64,000 nucleotides of DNA from Calothrix sp. NIES-2100 (GTDB lineage Bacteria; Cyanobacteriota; Cyanobacteriia; Cyanobacteriales; Nostocaceae), in assembly GCA_002368195.1 (NCBI GenBank), contig AP018178.1:5209286-5273285 (forward strand), in the 5' to 3' direction. Below are positions 36,266-47,919 of the stretch, one piece after another (position 1 is the first letter of the stretch; the number at the start of each line of letters is the position of its first letter). A program made the translations under genes and the position numbers. Below the pieces are notes generated by a model, which did not search any database, was not told the DNA's origin, and saw only the letters and a program-made list of their open reading frames with translations.

Positions 36266-38440
36266 ATGCACACAGTAATACTCGTTTTGTTTGAGGTGCT
36301 GATTGTTATTGGACTGTCACGGTTAGTAGGACTGGCATTTAAGTCAGTGAAGCAACCGCTGGTAATTGGTGAGATTGTGGCCGGGATTATGCTTGGCCCT
36401 TCTCTATTCGGTCTGATTGCGCCATCAGTAGCCGAAGCCGTATTTCCACCTGAGACAATTCCATTTTTGAATGTTTTGTCGCAAGTGGGACTGATATTTT
36501 TCATGTTTCTCATTGGGTTGGAGCTTAATCCGAAATACCTCAGTGGTCAGTTAGAAACAGCAGTTTTGACTTCTCATGTGAGTATTTTAGTGCCATTTTC
36601 TTTAGGCACACTGCTAGCGATGTTGCTTTATCCGCTGGTTTCTAATGCTAGTGTGTCCTTTACCGCCTTTGCCCTATTTTTGGGGGCGGCGATGTCAATT
36701 ACAGCCTTTCCTGTACTAGCACGGATTATTACAGAGAATAACTTGCACGGAACGCGCTTAGGGACATTGGCTTTAACTTGCGCCGCTGTGGATGATGTCA
36801 CAGCTTGGTGCTTGTTAGCAGTAGCGATCGCAGTTGCCAGAGAAGGTAATATTGTCGGTGCATTCCCCACAATTATCGAAAGCATACTCTATATCGGCTT
36901 CATGCTCACAGCTGGGCGTTGGTTTCTGCAACGCCTAGCCACCTACTACCAGCGCACAGGGCGCTTAAGTCAATTAGTAGTAGCCTTGATTTATATGGCT
37001 GTGGTCGCTTCGGCTTTGATTACCGAATTAATTGGCATTCACCTGATTTTTGGAGCCTTTTTACTCGGTGCAGCCATGCCCAAAAATGCAGATTTAGTCA
37101 GGGAATTAGCGGAAAAAACCGAAGATTTTGTCTTAGTATTTTTGCTCCCGGTGTTCTTTGCTTTTAGTGGGTTGCGGACGCAAATTGGGTTACTCAACCG
37201 TCCAGAATTGTGGTTAATGTGTGCATTAGTTTTAGGAGTGGCGATCGCAGGTAAGTATATTGGTACTTATGTCGCAGCTCGTGTCAGTGGGATTAATAAA
37301 CGAGAAGCCTCAGCCTTGGGGTGGTTAATGAATACTCGCGGCTTGACCGAGTTAATTGTTCTCAACATTGGTTTAGACTTAGGTGTCATTTCTCCTGTAC
37401 TCTTTACCATGTTGGTGATTATGGCATTAGTCACCACATTTATGACCTCACCATTACTGGAATGGACATATCCGAAAAAACTGATCAGGTTAGATCGCTT
37501 AGAGCCAGAACTGACAGAAACCGAAGGAGAAACTACTGTTGGTAGCGAGTACCGAATTTTAGTACCAGTAGCTAATCCTAGCACCCAAAAGGGCTTATTG
37601 CAGTTAGCAGTAGCGATCGCCCTCAACTATCGTCAACCTGCTGTAGTTCATCCCCTCAGTCTGATTGAATTTGAAGAAGACTATGCGTTTGAGAATACAC
37701 CAGTTGAGGCTAACCGGTTAATTGAGCAACGCCGTCAACAACTAGAAGATTTAATTAATACTCTCGAACCGCCCACAACACGTTCTTATGTCCAACCGAT
37801 AATCCGTATTTCCAGCAACGTTGCTAGAGAAACCGCAGAAATTGCCACAATTGAGCAACCTAACTTGATTTTAGTCGGTTGGCATCGCCCAGCTTTTAGT
37901 AACAATCGCTTAGGCGGTAGAGTCGGTCAAATTCTCACCACTGCACCCGTAGATGTAGCAGTTTTTATTGACCGAGGCGGAGAGCGATTAGAAAGCTTGT
38001 TAGTGCCCTACTCGGCAAATATCCATGATGATTTAGCCCTGGTACTTGCCTTGAGATTGCTGATCAATCGTGATACTTGTATGTTACAAATATTACAGTT
38101 GATTTCCGAAAATCAAGTCAACGATGAATTGAGTTATGAGCTACACACGATGATGGAGCGATTACCAAAGAATGTACGCGATCGCATTGAAATCAAACCG
38201 ATACAAGCCCCAGAGCCAATTCAAGCCGTCGTCACAGCTTCCGAAGCCGTAGACCTGACAATTGCTGGTACTAGCCGCGCTTGGGGTATCGAACGCCAAA
38301 CCCTAGGAAGATACACAGATCAGCTAGCAATTCAATGTCGTTCTTCTTTGCTGATCACCCGTCGCTATAGTCAAGTCACCTCTCATTTATCCTCCGTTCT
38401 TTCGGAAATCAGCACTCAAGAATCAGCAGCAAAAATGTGA
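36266..38440 (+). CDS. Cation:proton antiporter (CPA2) with ~330-aa C-terminal cytoplasmic extension (USP-like)
   Basis: 724-aa ORF. The N-terminal 400 aa are a paralog of the upstream antiporter (IMLGPSLFG and GLELN). The C-terminal soluble region (YRILVPVANPSTQKGLLQLAVAIA...) resembles tandem universal-stress-protein folds. Confidence 0.65.
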   Translation: MHTVILVLFEVLIVIGLSRLVGLAFKSVKQPLVIGEIVAGIMLGPSLFGLIAPSVAEAVFPPETIPFLNVLSQVGLIFFMFLIGLELNPKYLSGQLETAVLTSHVSILVPFSLGTLLAMLLYPLVSNASVSFTAFALFLGAAMSITAFPVLARIITENNLHGTRLGTLALTCAAVDDVTAWCLLAVAIAVAREGNIVGAFPTIIESILYIGFMLTAGRWFLQRLATYYQRTGRLSQLVVALIYMAVVASALITELIGIHLIFGAFLLGAAMPKNADLVRELAEKTEDFVLVFLLPVFFAFSGLRTQIGLLNRPELWLMCALVLGVAIAGKYIGTYVAARVSGINKREASALGWLMNTRGLTELIVLNIGLDLGVISPVLFTMLVIMALVTTFMTSPLLEWTYPKKLIRLDRLEPELTETEGETTVGSEYRILVPVANPSTQKGLLQLAVAIALNYRQPAVVHPLSLIEFEEDYAFENTPVEANRLIEQRRQQLEDLINTLEPPTTRSYVQPIIRISSNVARETAEIATIEQPNLILVGWHRPAFSNNRLGGRVGQILTTAPVDVAVFIDRGGERLESLLVPYSANIHDDLALVLALRLLINRDTCMLQILQLISENQVNDELSYELHTMMERLPKNVRDRIEIKPIQAPEPIQAVVTASEAVDLTIAGTSRAWGIERQTLGRYTDQLAIQCRSSLLITRRYSQVTSHLSSVLSEISTQESAAKM

Positions 38441-38444
38441 CAAC

Positions 38445-38966
38445 ATGAATAATTTTAAATTCAAATCCTTAATCTTTTATGGAGTGACAATAGCTGGAGT
38501 TCTCTTGTTGTTTAAAGTTGTCAGCGCTTACGGAGAAACCAGTCTCAAAGCTCCTCCGGCTATTCAGGGTCACTATCGTCTTGCTTTAGTAGAAGACATC
38601 CCCAACTGTGAAAAACCAGAGAAATTAATCCTCAATATTCAGCAATCAGGTATTTACTTAAATGCTGCTTTCGTAGCAGCTAATACTAATGCTGAAACTC
38701 CCAATAGCCATCCAAAAAACGATTATCTATCTGGCATTTTCAGCGATAGAAATCTAAGTTTATCTGGGAAAATTGACAGAGGCATTCTGTGTAATATTGC
38801 CTCTGCCTCAAATTCACTCGTTCACTCAGCTACAATGCAAATGCAATTGTTGGACAAAGGCAATTTAACAGGTCAATTAGCCTTAAGTGGCAGCACTAGA
38901 ACGTTTAGATTTACTGCTGTACCAGAAAAAAATCAGGAGAGATCTCAGAAGTTAAAAAGCCATTAA
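38445..38966 (+). CDS. Hypothetical secreted/membrane-anchored protein
   Basis: 173-aa ORF beginning 5 bp after the antiporter stop, with an N-terminal hydrophobic segment. Confidence 0.45.
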   Translation: MNNFKFKSLIFYGVTIAGVLLLFKVVSAYGETSLKAPPAIQGHYRLALVEDIPNCEKPEKLILNIQQSGIYLNAAFVAANTNAETPNSHPKNDYLSGIFSDRNLSLSGKIDRGILCNIASASNSLVHSATMQMQLLDKGNLTGQLALSGSTRTFRFTAVPEKNQERSQKLKSH

Positions 38967-39054
38967 AATAGTTCGTAATTCGTAATTGAAAATATTGTTT
39001 TGGAACGACCTAGTAAATTACAACTGTCGCAAAACTTAATTCACCTTAAACGTG

Positions 39055-39092
39055 AATAGCGAATGACGAATGACAAATGACAAATGACGAAT
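39055..39092. repeat. STRR heptanucleotide array (GAATGAC/AAATGAC)
   Basis: gaatgacgaatgacaaatgacaaatgacgaat. Confidence 0.8.
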
Positions 39093-39150
39093 TATCTATT
39101 AACCAGGATAGAAAAATGCCAGATAGCTCAAGATACAAAAGATAAAAATC

Positions 39151-40077
39151 ATGGACAAAGGTTTAAAGACTAAAAAATTTTGCCAATTTTGCAAGTTGCT
39201 ATTTGGTATTAGCTGGTTTGGTGTATATACATCAATTGCGCTGCAAGCAGGTAGCATTAGTGCGAACCCAGTAACGAAGCAGCTACAAGCTCCCAATTCT
39301 GCAAATTTACCACCGCAAACTAATGGAAGAACTATTAGCGCACCATTAGTTAGACTTGATAATTGGAACTTTTCTCCAGAGTCTCTACAACTAGAATTTT
39401 CGCTCTCAGCAGGGACAACACCTCACTACTTTTATCTCCCCCAGCCCCCCCGGATTGTTGTAGATTTACCTAATACTAAATTGGGCTATGTTCCTACACA
39501 ACAAAATTATTCTGGAGCTATCCAAAGAGTCCGTGTTTCTCAATTGAATCCAGGTGTTACTCGGATTGTTTTGGATTTAGCACCAGGAAGTTATTTAGAT
39601 CCAAATCAGGTGAAATTGCAACCTGTGTCTAAAAAAAATCCCACACGTTGGGTTTTACGTCCTTTCAATTCGAGTTATAGGAATTCTGTACAACCTGTAA
39701 ACTATCCACAACAACCTAATAACTTACCCCAAATCCCATATAACTATCCACAACAACCTATTAGTCAACCAATAACTAATAACCAACAATTGCCCTTTTT
39801 TACGTTACCGCCACCATCTAACAACTTGCCAGTAATACCGACTAACCAACAGCAACCATTTGTTGTTGTACCGCCTCTTTTACCTAATAACCAATCTCAA
39901 CTACCCAGTTCTACACTTCCTCCACCCATTTTTTCCAATCAACCTAATAACTTGAGCAACCCTGCTCCAATAACCCAGCCTGATTTTCCCATTCCCACAA
40001 TTCCTCAATATCCATCTAATTTTAGAGAAACACCAGTGATTGAGTTTGGTCAACCTATTCCCAAAACACGAAATTAA
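39151..40077 (+). CDS. AMIN-domain protein with Pro/Gln/Asn-rich C-terminal tail
   Basis: 308-aa ORF with a signal sequence and an AMIN-like beta domain (PRIVVDLPNTKL...VTRIVLDLAPGS). This is followed by a low-complexity PQQPNNLPQ repeat region. Confidence 0.55.
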   Translation: MDKGLKTKKFCQFCKLLFGISWFGVYTSIALQAGSISANPVTKQLQAPNSANLPPQTNGRTISAPLVRLDNWNFSPESLQLEFSLSAGTTPHYFYLPQPPRIVVDLPNTKLGYVPTQQNYSGAIQRVRVSQLNPGVTRIVLDLAPGSYLDPNQVKLQPVSKKNPTRWVLRPFNSSYRNSVQPVNYPQQPNNLPQIPYNYPQQPISQPITNNQQLPFFTLPPPSNNLPVIPTNQQQPFVVVPPLLPNNQSQLPSSTLPPPIFSNQPNNLSNPAPITQPDFPIPTIPQYPSNFRETPVIEFGQPIPKTRN

Positions 40078-40178
40078 TCGGATAAGGAGGATGAGGGAAG
40101 GGAGACAAGGTAGACAAGGAGGACAATGCATCCTCATCTTCCCCTACTCCCTCATCTTTGACTTTGGTGAGTAAACTA

Positions 40179-40718
40179 TTAAAATCTATCCGTTTCTTGC
40201 GTTGGCGCAACTGCTCCTGGTTGAGACATGAAAAAGTTTTGCGCAGACTCATTCTGGTAAATACATCTAATATCAGGTTTGTCAGTGTCCAAGTTACCTG
40301 TGAAGCCAAAAGTGTTCAGGCGGTTCTTACATTCTCTTACCTGCTCAGATGTTACTAGCTTTCGCTGCTCTAAAAGTGCCCAGTTATTTTGGCGGAGAAC
40401 GCATCCAGGGCGCATACTAGGTTGAGCAACGTAGACATTGAAAGGATTGAGAGTGACAAAAAGTCTCGCATCCATCACCATAGCGCTGGCTCCGTATTGC
40501 ACGCAAATCTCAGGGTTTGGTGCTTTGGTATCAATAAATTCACGGGAAGCCACATTAGATGGGGATAAAGTGGTTGTCGAGCTAAAAGCAATGCCAATTC
40601 CAATTCCTAAAACAAGAACGCCCCCCAAAATCGCTATGGTGGTGAAGTTAAATAGAGAAGGTTGGAATGCAGAAGATTTAGAACTATTAGCCGATCTACT
40701 AGTGGTTGTACGTCTCAT
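40179..40718 (-). CDS. Conserved hypothetical membrane protein
   Basis: 179-aa ORF with one TM segment (IAILGGVLVLGIGIGIAF). Confidence 0.45.
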   Translation of the reverse strand: MRRTTTSRSANSSKSSAFQPSLFNFTTIAILGGVLVLGIGIGIAFSSTTTLSPSNVASREFIDTKAPNPEICVQYGASAMVMDARLFVTLNPFNVYVAQPSMRPGCVLRQNNWALLEQRKLVTSEQVRECKNRLNTFGFTGNLDTDKPDIRCIYQNESAQNFFMSQPGAVAPTQETDRF

Positions 40719-40880
40719 TGTCGCTGGTTTACCTTCACGCCTCAGATAGCAGAGAGTTGTTTAAACTGCTCTCCTTCTTTAAGTATGCCGATTATTGGCG
40801 AGAATTGCCCGCAACTTCTTAGTCAATTATTTCGTAGTCAGGACTTTAGTGCTTAACTGAAAGGCTAGTAGTCTGTGTGA

Positions 40881-41576
40881 TTAATTAAGTTGCTGAGGGG
40901 ATGATTTTTCCCAGACAACTGAGTAACGCCAGAACAGATGCTTTCTGACTTGAGCTTCGGTCAAAAATTGCTGATATATTTGTTTTGCTTGCGATCGCGT
41001 CAGATATTTGTCTGTCATACCATGCTCTTGCCATGCTGCAATCGCTTCTGGTGTCGGTCTGAGGCGTTTGTTTTTCAATAGTTGCAATGTCAAGTTTAAG
41101 GGAAAAGCGATTCCATCGCTTACTAAATCCTGTATCCCTTCTGATTCCACCAAATCAAGAATTACCAGCTTACCACCCGGTTTGAGAGCCGCCTGAATTT
41201 TGGGTAATAATACTTCCAAGGGTAAATGATGAACTGTAGCAATCGAAGCGATCGCATCAAAATACTCAAAGGGAAACTGCCATTGCAATATATCCGCTAC
41301 TTGGAAATCTATATTGGCATAACTTTGAGACCGTTGCTGCGCGACTTCGATCATTTTCGCAGATAAGTCTACCGCCGTCACACGATCAGCCCGTTGCGCT
41401 AACAGCCGAGTAAAAACTCCAGTACCACAGCCAATATCGAGAATCCTTTCACAATGGGGTGATAATTGCTGGAGTAAAAAACCGTGGTAATGATTATTAT
41501 GATCCCAGTTCACCGGCTGAAGTAAAGCCAGCCTGTCAAAATCCCGTTGAATTTTTTCAGTTAGTGCGTCACTCAT
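40881..41576 (-). CDS. Class I SAM-dependent methyltransferase
   Basis: 231-aa ORF with motif I ILDIGCGTGVFT. Confidence 0.75.
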   Translation of the reverse strand: MSDALTEKIQRDFDRLALLQPVNWDHNNHYHGFLLQQLSPHCERILDIGCGTGVFTRLLAQRADRVTAVDLSAKMIEVAQQRSQSYANIDFQVADILQWQFPFEYFDAIASIATVHHLPLEVLLPKIQAALKPGGKLVILDLVESEGIQDLVSDGIAFPLNLTLQLLKNKRLRPTPEAIAAWQEHGMTDKYLTRSQAKQIYQQFLTEAQVRKHLFWRYSVVWEKSSPQQLN

Positions 41577-41730
41577 ATTTGTTTATCTTTTATCTTCGTC
41601 AAAAGTGCATAGTCAACACTTCGGCTTCGCAGGAGTTGAATCTCAACTTCGTAGTAGTTGAATCTCGACTTCGCTCGATTCCCGCATAGTCGAAACTCAG
41701 TGAACACAGTCCACAATCTATAATTTCTTC

Positions 41731-41762
41731 ACAAATGACAAATGACAAATGACAAATGACTA
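41731..41762. repeat. STRR array (CAAATGA x4)
   Basis: cacaaatgacaaatgacaaatgacaaatgac, overlapping the 3' end of the phosphoesterase gene. Confidence 0.8.
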
Positions 41763-42584
41763 AACCAAAGCGATCGCAGTTACTTCTGGCGGACAATACC
41801 AACGTCCAGGGGGAAAAGTTCCTAAACCACGATTCACATAAAGTTGGTTTTTTCCCACCCAATGTAAACCTTGACTCCATTGCCAATTTTTTACAACTTT
41901 TGGCCATTTTCCCTGTAAAAAAGGTATCCAAGGCCAAAGGAATTCCGGAATGTTCTGACGCGATGAAGAAATCCAGTAAGGTACAGAACCAATTCCGGGA
42001 ATCACTATTTGACCCCCGTGAGTATGTCCTGAAAGTTGTAAATCCACGCGCCACTTTTGCAATGCTTCTGCACTATCTGGATTATGAGATAATACAATCC
42101 GAGGCGTATTCACATCCAATTGCCCCATGACCGATGCTGGATTGAATTCCGGCGACCAATAATCAGGAAGCCCGACTAATGCTAACCCAGAACCTAAAGG
42201 ATAGGCTACTTGATTCCACAGAACTTGAATACCAGCATTAGTTAAAGCCTTAGTTATTTCGGCTTTGGAATTAGGAAAATATAAATCATGATTGCCTAAA
42301 ACAGCATAAATACCAGCCCGACTTTTTAAGCTTTTTAAACGTTTTGCTAGTTGATATATTGGTTGGGGAATATTAGTGACAAAATCACCTGTAAGTACTA
42401 CTAAATCAGGTTGAAATTGATTGCTAGTATTAATTGCTTGTGCCAGCAATTCTTCAGATAACAGCAATCCATCATAATGAAAATCTGACATTTGAACTAT
42501 CTTAGTATTGCGTAATGACTGAGATAGTCCGGGAATTTCAATATTTAAATATTCCGTACTTAAAGGTTCTGAAAGTAAATCCAT
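41760..42584 (-). CDS. Calcineurin-like metallophosphoesterase
   Basis: 274-aa ORF with the motifs GDFV, LGNHD and GHTHGG. Confidence 0.75.
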   Translation of the reverse strand: MDLLSEPLSTEYLNIEIPGLSQSLRNTKIVQMSDFHYDGLLLSEELLAQAINTSNQFQPDLVVLTGDFVTNIPQPIYQLAKRLKSLKSRAGIYAVLGNHDLYFPNSKAEITKALTNAGIQVLWNQVAYPLGSGLALVGLPDYWSPEFNPASVMGQLDVNTPRIVLSHNPDSAEALQKWRVDLQLSGHTHGGQIVIPGIGSVPYWISSSRQNIPEFLWPWIPFLQGKWPKVVKNWQWSQGLHWVGKNQLYVNRGLGTFPPGRWYCPPEVTAIALV

Positions 42585-42614
42585 CTTCTTAAATAAAGCA
42601 GCACAAATAAAAGT

Positions 42615-42651
42615 TGGTCAGTTGTCATTAGTCATTAGTCATTAGTCATTG
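42615..42651. repeat. STRR array (TCATTAG x4)
   Basis: gtcattagtcattagtcattagtcattggg. Confidence 0.8.
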
Positions 42652-42900
42652 GGAATAACTAGAGGTAGTGAAATTCTGTAGGATGCATTACGGTGCGGGT
42701 AATGCATAGTTTTTAGTAAAGCACCTTCTGCATTTGGTGCATAACACTACATTAACGCACCCAGCATTCTTTCCAGAATTACTGGAGAAATCAAATCTCA
42801 TAAGTAATTGTGCAAAATTAAATCGCCCGTCTACTTAACAGATTAGTGCGATCGCTTAAGTAGCAACGGGCGATTAAGTTCTTTCAGCAGTCCTGGGAAG

Positions 42901-43620
42901 TTAACTCTGTACTGGATTGAGTTTACCCCGCATATCTCCGAAAAAGGTCTGACCTTTTGTATGTAAGTTAAAGTAAAGTTCGCTACGTTTGGCAAATTGC
43001 TCCATTCCCGCAATTGTTTTGACTTTTCCCGGTTTCCCTGATTCAATTGGACATCCTAAGGTGTAAACCCCTACAATATCACTCGCAGAATTAGCGGTCT
43101 TTTCGATATTTTCATTTGTCACTTCTAATGAAAAAAGATTATCAGCGAAGTTCTGCTGAATGTCGCCAGCAAGAGCAAAGTCAACTATAATCGGTCCGAG
43201 TACGTCTGGGTTGCCACAATGGATATGAAACATGACTATATCTTTGGCATTTACGCCTTCAACCCGAACATCGACAAATGCTTTACTCAAGTCTTTAGTG
43301 AATCGCACCACCCCATGTCCTGCTGACTTACGCTGATTTCTCTTAACAGAAGGTGCTGTAGATCGCAGAGATGACGGGATGATTTTTGGTGCATTCTCCT
43401 CTTCACCTGGTTCCTGATGAGGACTCAAAAAAGCTTCGTAAACAAAACCAATTTCTTTACTCTTACTGAGGTTAAGGTCAACTTTACTCGACTGGCTGGA
43501 GGTTACTGCTTGGTTTCTAGTTTGGGCAAAAGTATTTATTCCCTGTTGAGTGAATAAAGTTACCCATGCAAAAACCACTAGAAAAATCAGGGTGGTAAAT
43601 ATATTTTTAGCACGCATCAC
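42901..43620 (-). CDS. CHRD-domain protein (secreted)
   Basis: 239-aa ORF with an N-terminal TM/signal sequence and the motifs MFHIHCGNPDVLGPIIV and FNLHTKGQTFFGDMRG, which are typical of CHRD domains. Confidence 0.5.
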   Translation of the reverse strand: MMRAKNIFTTLIFLVVFAWVTLFTQQGINTFAQTRNQAVTSSQSSKVDLNLSKSKEIGFVYEAFLSPHQEPGEEENAPKIIPSSLRSTAPSVKRNQRKSAGHGVVRFTKDLSKAFVDVRVEGVNAKDIVMFHIHCGNPDVLGPIIVDFALAGDIQQNFADNLFSLEVTNENIEKTANSASDIVGVYTLGCPIESGKPGKVKTIAGMEQFAKRSELYFNLHTKGQTFFGDMRGKLNPVQS

Positions 43621-44160
43621 ATTCTCCTGATAGATAGGTATGTAAGAGAACTTTAGTTAGCGTTGCAACATAGTAGGATGAATGTAGGCAGCTATGGAAA
43701 ACAGGGGGAAAGATTTTTAAATTTGCTCAATCATCCCTTACTTTATGCAACGCCAGAACTTTAGTTTTAGAGATATTAAATTTTATTACCCGTTAACTAT
43801 TGATTAGACAGTAAATTTCCGCTTAATTACCCGATTTGGGAGAGTTATCCGGAATTATTCGATCTCATATCCCTATTTGAATATTGAATTATACACCTAA
43901 ATTCTGCCAAATTACTTAATTGAGGCGATTATACGAAATTTTCTCGGCTAAAAATGCGTTCGTCGGAGACGTTGCCGTTCGCGAAGCGTCTCGAAGAGAA
44001 GGCATCGCAGTGTTCGCTTGCTAGCAACTACGACTATTTACGACGTTTCCAGTATCCAGGTTCTCGGCTGCAATGCATCACGAACCAGCCTTGAAACCTT
44101 CAGTTTTGTGTTTTTTAGATGCTTTGCCTACAAATTTTTGGAGGTTACTGCGTAAAAATT

Positions 44161-44460
44161 TTATTGTCCGCGTCCTGGCTTGCAATCTGCAAAACCTAAC
44201 GCCTCTGTGTCAAGGAAACTAGCGATCGCCATCTCAATAACTGCTTCAACTGGATATTCAATTTCAGCAGCGCGAGTAATTAGAGCAGCTCGAATTTGTT
44301 CAGGTAAGCGTTCTAAGATGACTTCGGCATCAGCGGAAGAAAGTTGCTCCTGAAGTTTGGCTTGCATAAGTTTACCTTTCCATTGGAATTTGGACGTTGT
44401 AAGGGGGTTCAGTGGCTCGCTGCAAGTAACCTTTGTATCCAGACTAAAATCTCGCGTCAA
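44161..44460 (-). CDS. Small hypothetical protein (the true start may be the internal Met, giving ~68 aa)
   Basis: 99-aa ORF. Confidence 0.3.
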   Translation of the reverse strand: MTRDFSLDTKVTCSEPLNPLTTSKFQWKGKLMQAKLQEQLSSADAEVILERLPEQIRAALITRAAEIEYPVEAVIEMAIASFLDTEALGFADCKPGRGQ

Positions 44461-44574
44461 TCCGCTCCCAGCAAGTTATTAGTCTGCCATGAGCATCACT
44501 TACTCTACTACTTAATTTTGAATGTCTATAATATAACTGAATTCACAGATTTGCCATATATATACTTGAGTTGA

Positions 44575-45495
44575 ATGATGCAGCAATCTAATGCTCTACG
44601 AAGACTGGAAGAAATGCTTACTGAGGCAGTTAGCAATGGAGATAGAAATCAAGCATCTGGGCCTATCTTATTAAAGGTAATGAAGCTAAGTAATCAGCCC
44701 CAAAATATTGTGGATTTTTATGAGCTTTTGAATAAGGCTGAGGAGGAAGCGAGAACCATAAGAAATAAAGCAAACATAAATAGATATCTACAGACAATAG
44801 AGGAACTGCATCACGTTTTTATTGTTAATCATGTGTGGAACACAAAATGGGAAACTTTTGCTACTTATATTAAGGATAAAGGTGTTCTCAATACACTAGA
44901 TGCACTAGCATATTTTTTTAATGATCAGAATCCTGCAATATTTCTAGAGCAGGACTTTCTAGATAAACTCAAAAGTGAGTTCAGCAGTCTTTTGGAGAGA
45001 ATTTTTGAATCTGATTTATCTAAAGAGCTAAAGAGGTTTTTGATAGAACGGATTGAAGATATACTAAAAGCAATACGCAGATATTATATAGACGGGACTG
45101 AAGGGCTAGAAAAAGCTACTAAATTATTGGTGAGTGATTTAGTGATGGCAGAGCATAGCCTTAAGGATAATGACAAGAATAATCCCTTGTATAAACGTGT
45201 CAAAGCATGGGGCCTTAGCCTGCTCATATACATTGCGCCTAGCCCTTACGACATCATTGGTGCTGTTCCTGATATACATGATTTTTGGGTGCCTAAATTT
45301 GAAGAACTAGCTACAGGCCACAAGAAGGTTGAGCAGATAATTTGTGAAACCTCAACCATTCAAGAAGCTTTTGAAAAGGCTTCAAACATATTTGAAAAGC
45401 AGCAACAAAAGAGGATTGCAGGTAGGGATCTAAAAGCTCTGCCTGCTTCTAAGGAAGATTTGGAACTTACTACAGATGATAACAGCGATCGCTAA
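44575..45495 (+). CDS. Hypothetical protein in AT-rich HIP1-free islet
   Basis: 306-aa ORF with no recognisable motif. Its GC content is well below the genome background. Confidence 0.45.
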   Translation: MMQQSNALRRLEEMLTEAVSNGDRNQASGPILLKVMKLSNQPQNIVDFYELLNKAEEEARTIRNKANINRYLQTIEELHHVFIVNHVWNTKWETFATYIKDKGVLNTLDALAYFFNDQNPAIFLEQDFLDKLKSEFSSLLERIFESDLSKELKRFLIERIEDILKAIRRYYIDGTEGLEKATKLLVSDLVMAEHSLKDNDKNNPLYKRVKAWGLSLLIYIAPSPYDIIGAVPDIHDFWVPKFEELATGHKKVEQIICETSTIQEAFEKASNIFEKQQQKRIAGRDLKALPASKEDLELTTDDNSDR

Positions 45496-45597
45496 ATATA
45501 CATGAGTTCGACGGGTTGGAGTTGCGATCGCCTATTTACATAATTGCAACTCCAGCCACAGCGGTATCGATGGTCCTGCTAAGAGCTAACATTTAGA

Positions 45598-46014
45598 TTA
45601 GACAATTTCCAGGCGAAAACGCTGAAATGCTCTAGCCGCTTCGGGGATTAACTCAATATACCAATAGCCATTTATTTCATCTTTAAACCAACTAATTATT
45701 GCTAGTGCTGGTTGTCCAAATTCATCATGTTCTAGTCCAAAAAATTTGCAGAACTTTGCACCTAAATGACCTATTTGCCCAGGAGAGTCACCATCATATT
45801 CCGCAGCTTGGGATAATTGCCAAGTTCGTAATCTGCGATTGTCTTTCATAAAGTAACAATGCTGATACAACTTATCCAAGATGGCTTTGTGTCCTGGAGT
45901 TAATCCTTCATAAATTGAGTAAAATGCCTCTAGATATTGTTCTTCTGAAGGAATATAACGTTCAGCATCGTTTAACATTCTCTTCTTCCCATTTTTTGAT
46001 TTACCAGAATGCAA
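45598..46014 (-). CDS. Hypothetical protein
   Basis: 138-aa ORF with no recognisable motif. Confidence 0.4.
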   Translation of the reverse strand: MHSGKSKNGKKRMLNDAERYIPSEEQYLEAFYSIYEGLTPGHKAILDKLYQHCYFMKDNRRLRTWQLSQAAEYDGDSPGQIGHLGAKFCKFFGLEHDEFGQPALAIISWFKDEINGYWYIELIPEAARAFQRFRLEIV

Positions 46015-46142
46015 TAATTAAGTAGCAATATGAGCCATAAATTTTATTGAACACTACTTAAACACATAAAAATGGGATAGGCAACTTGCCCATCCCATTC
46101 AACAATTAAGTTATATCTGCAACCCTAAATTAAGGGTTAGCT

Positions 46143-47432
<1,290 letters not shown>

Positions 47433-47919
47433 CTAAAAAGTCAAAAAAGGTACGTAACCTTTACGTACTCTAATAGATTATTCCACGACTGGCAATTTTT
47501 GGCTGTAATCGCCAAACACTAGTCGAAGGTTCTCTGAACTAGCTTGACGTTTGATCGCTCTTATGTCAACCGAAAGCTCAAGTGGAATGATGAATTTATG
47601 AACATCAAATATGAATTTTTGAATTATAAAACAACTGCTGTTGCGCCGCTGGTTGTGAGCATATGTACTGCGTTTTTAATTTATACTTTTTTAATTTTTC
47701 CTTTATCCTGGATCAAAGTAATATCCAAAACTCCTGTAGTCCTTACAAACAGTAAATAAAGTATGATGTCATCTGCCTAAAGATAGATAATAAGCAAATT
47801 CAAAAACATCTCACCTCAAAAGACAAATTAAACTTTAGATAGGTACATTTACTTAAATTTATTGTGGAGGATAGCAGGGGAGGAATTCAACAGAAGATTT
47901 TACGCAAGGAGGTGTTGGA

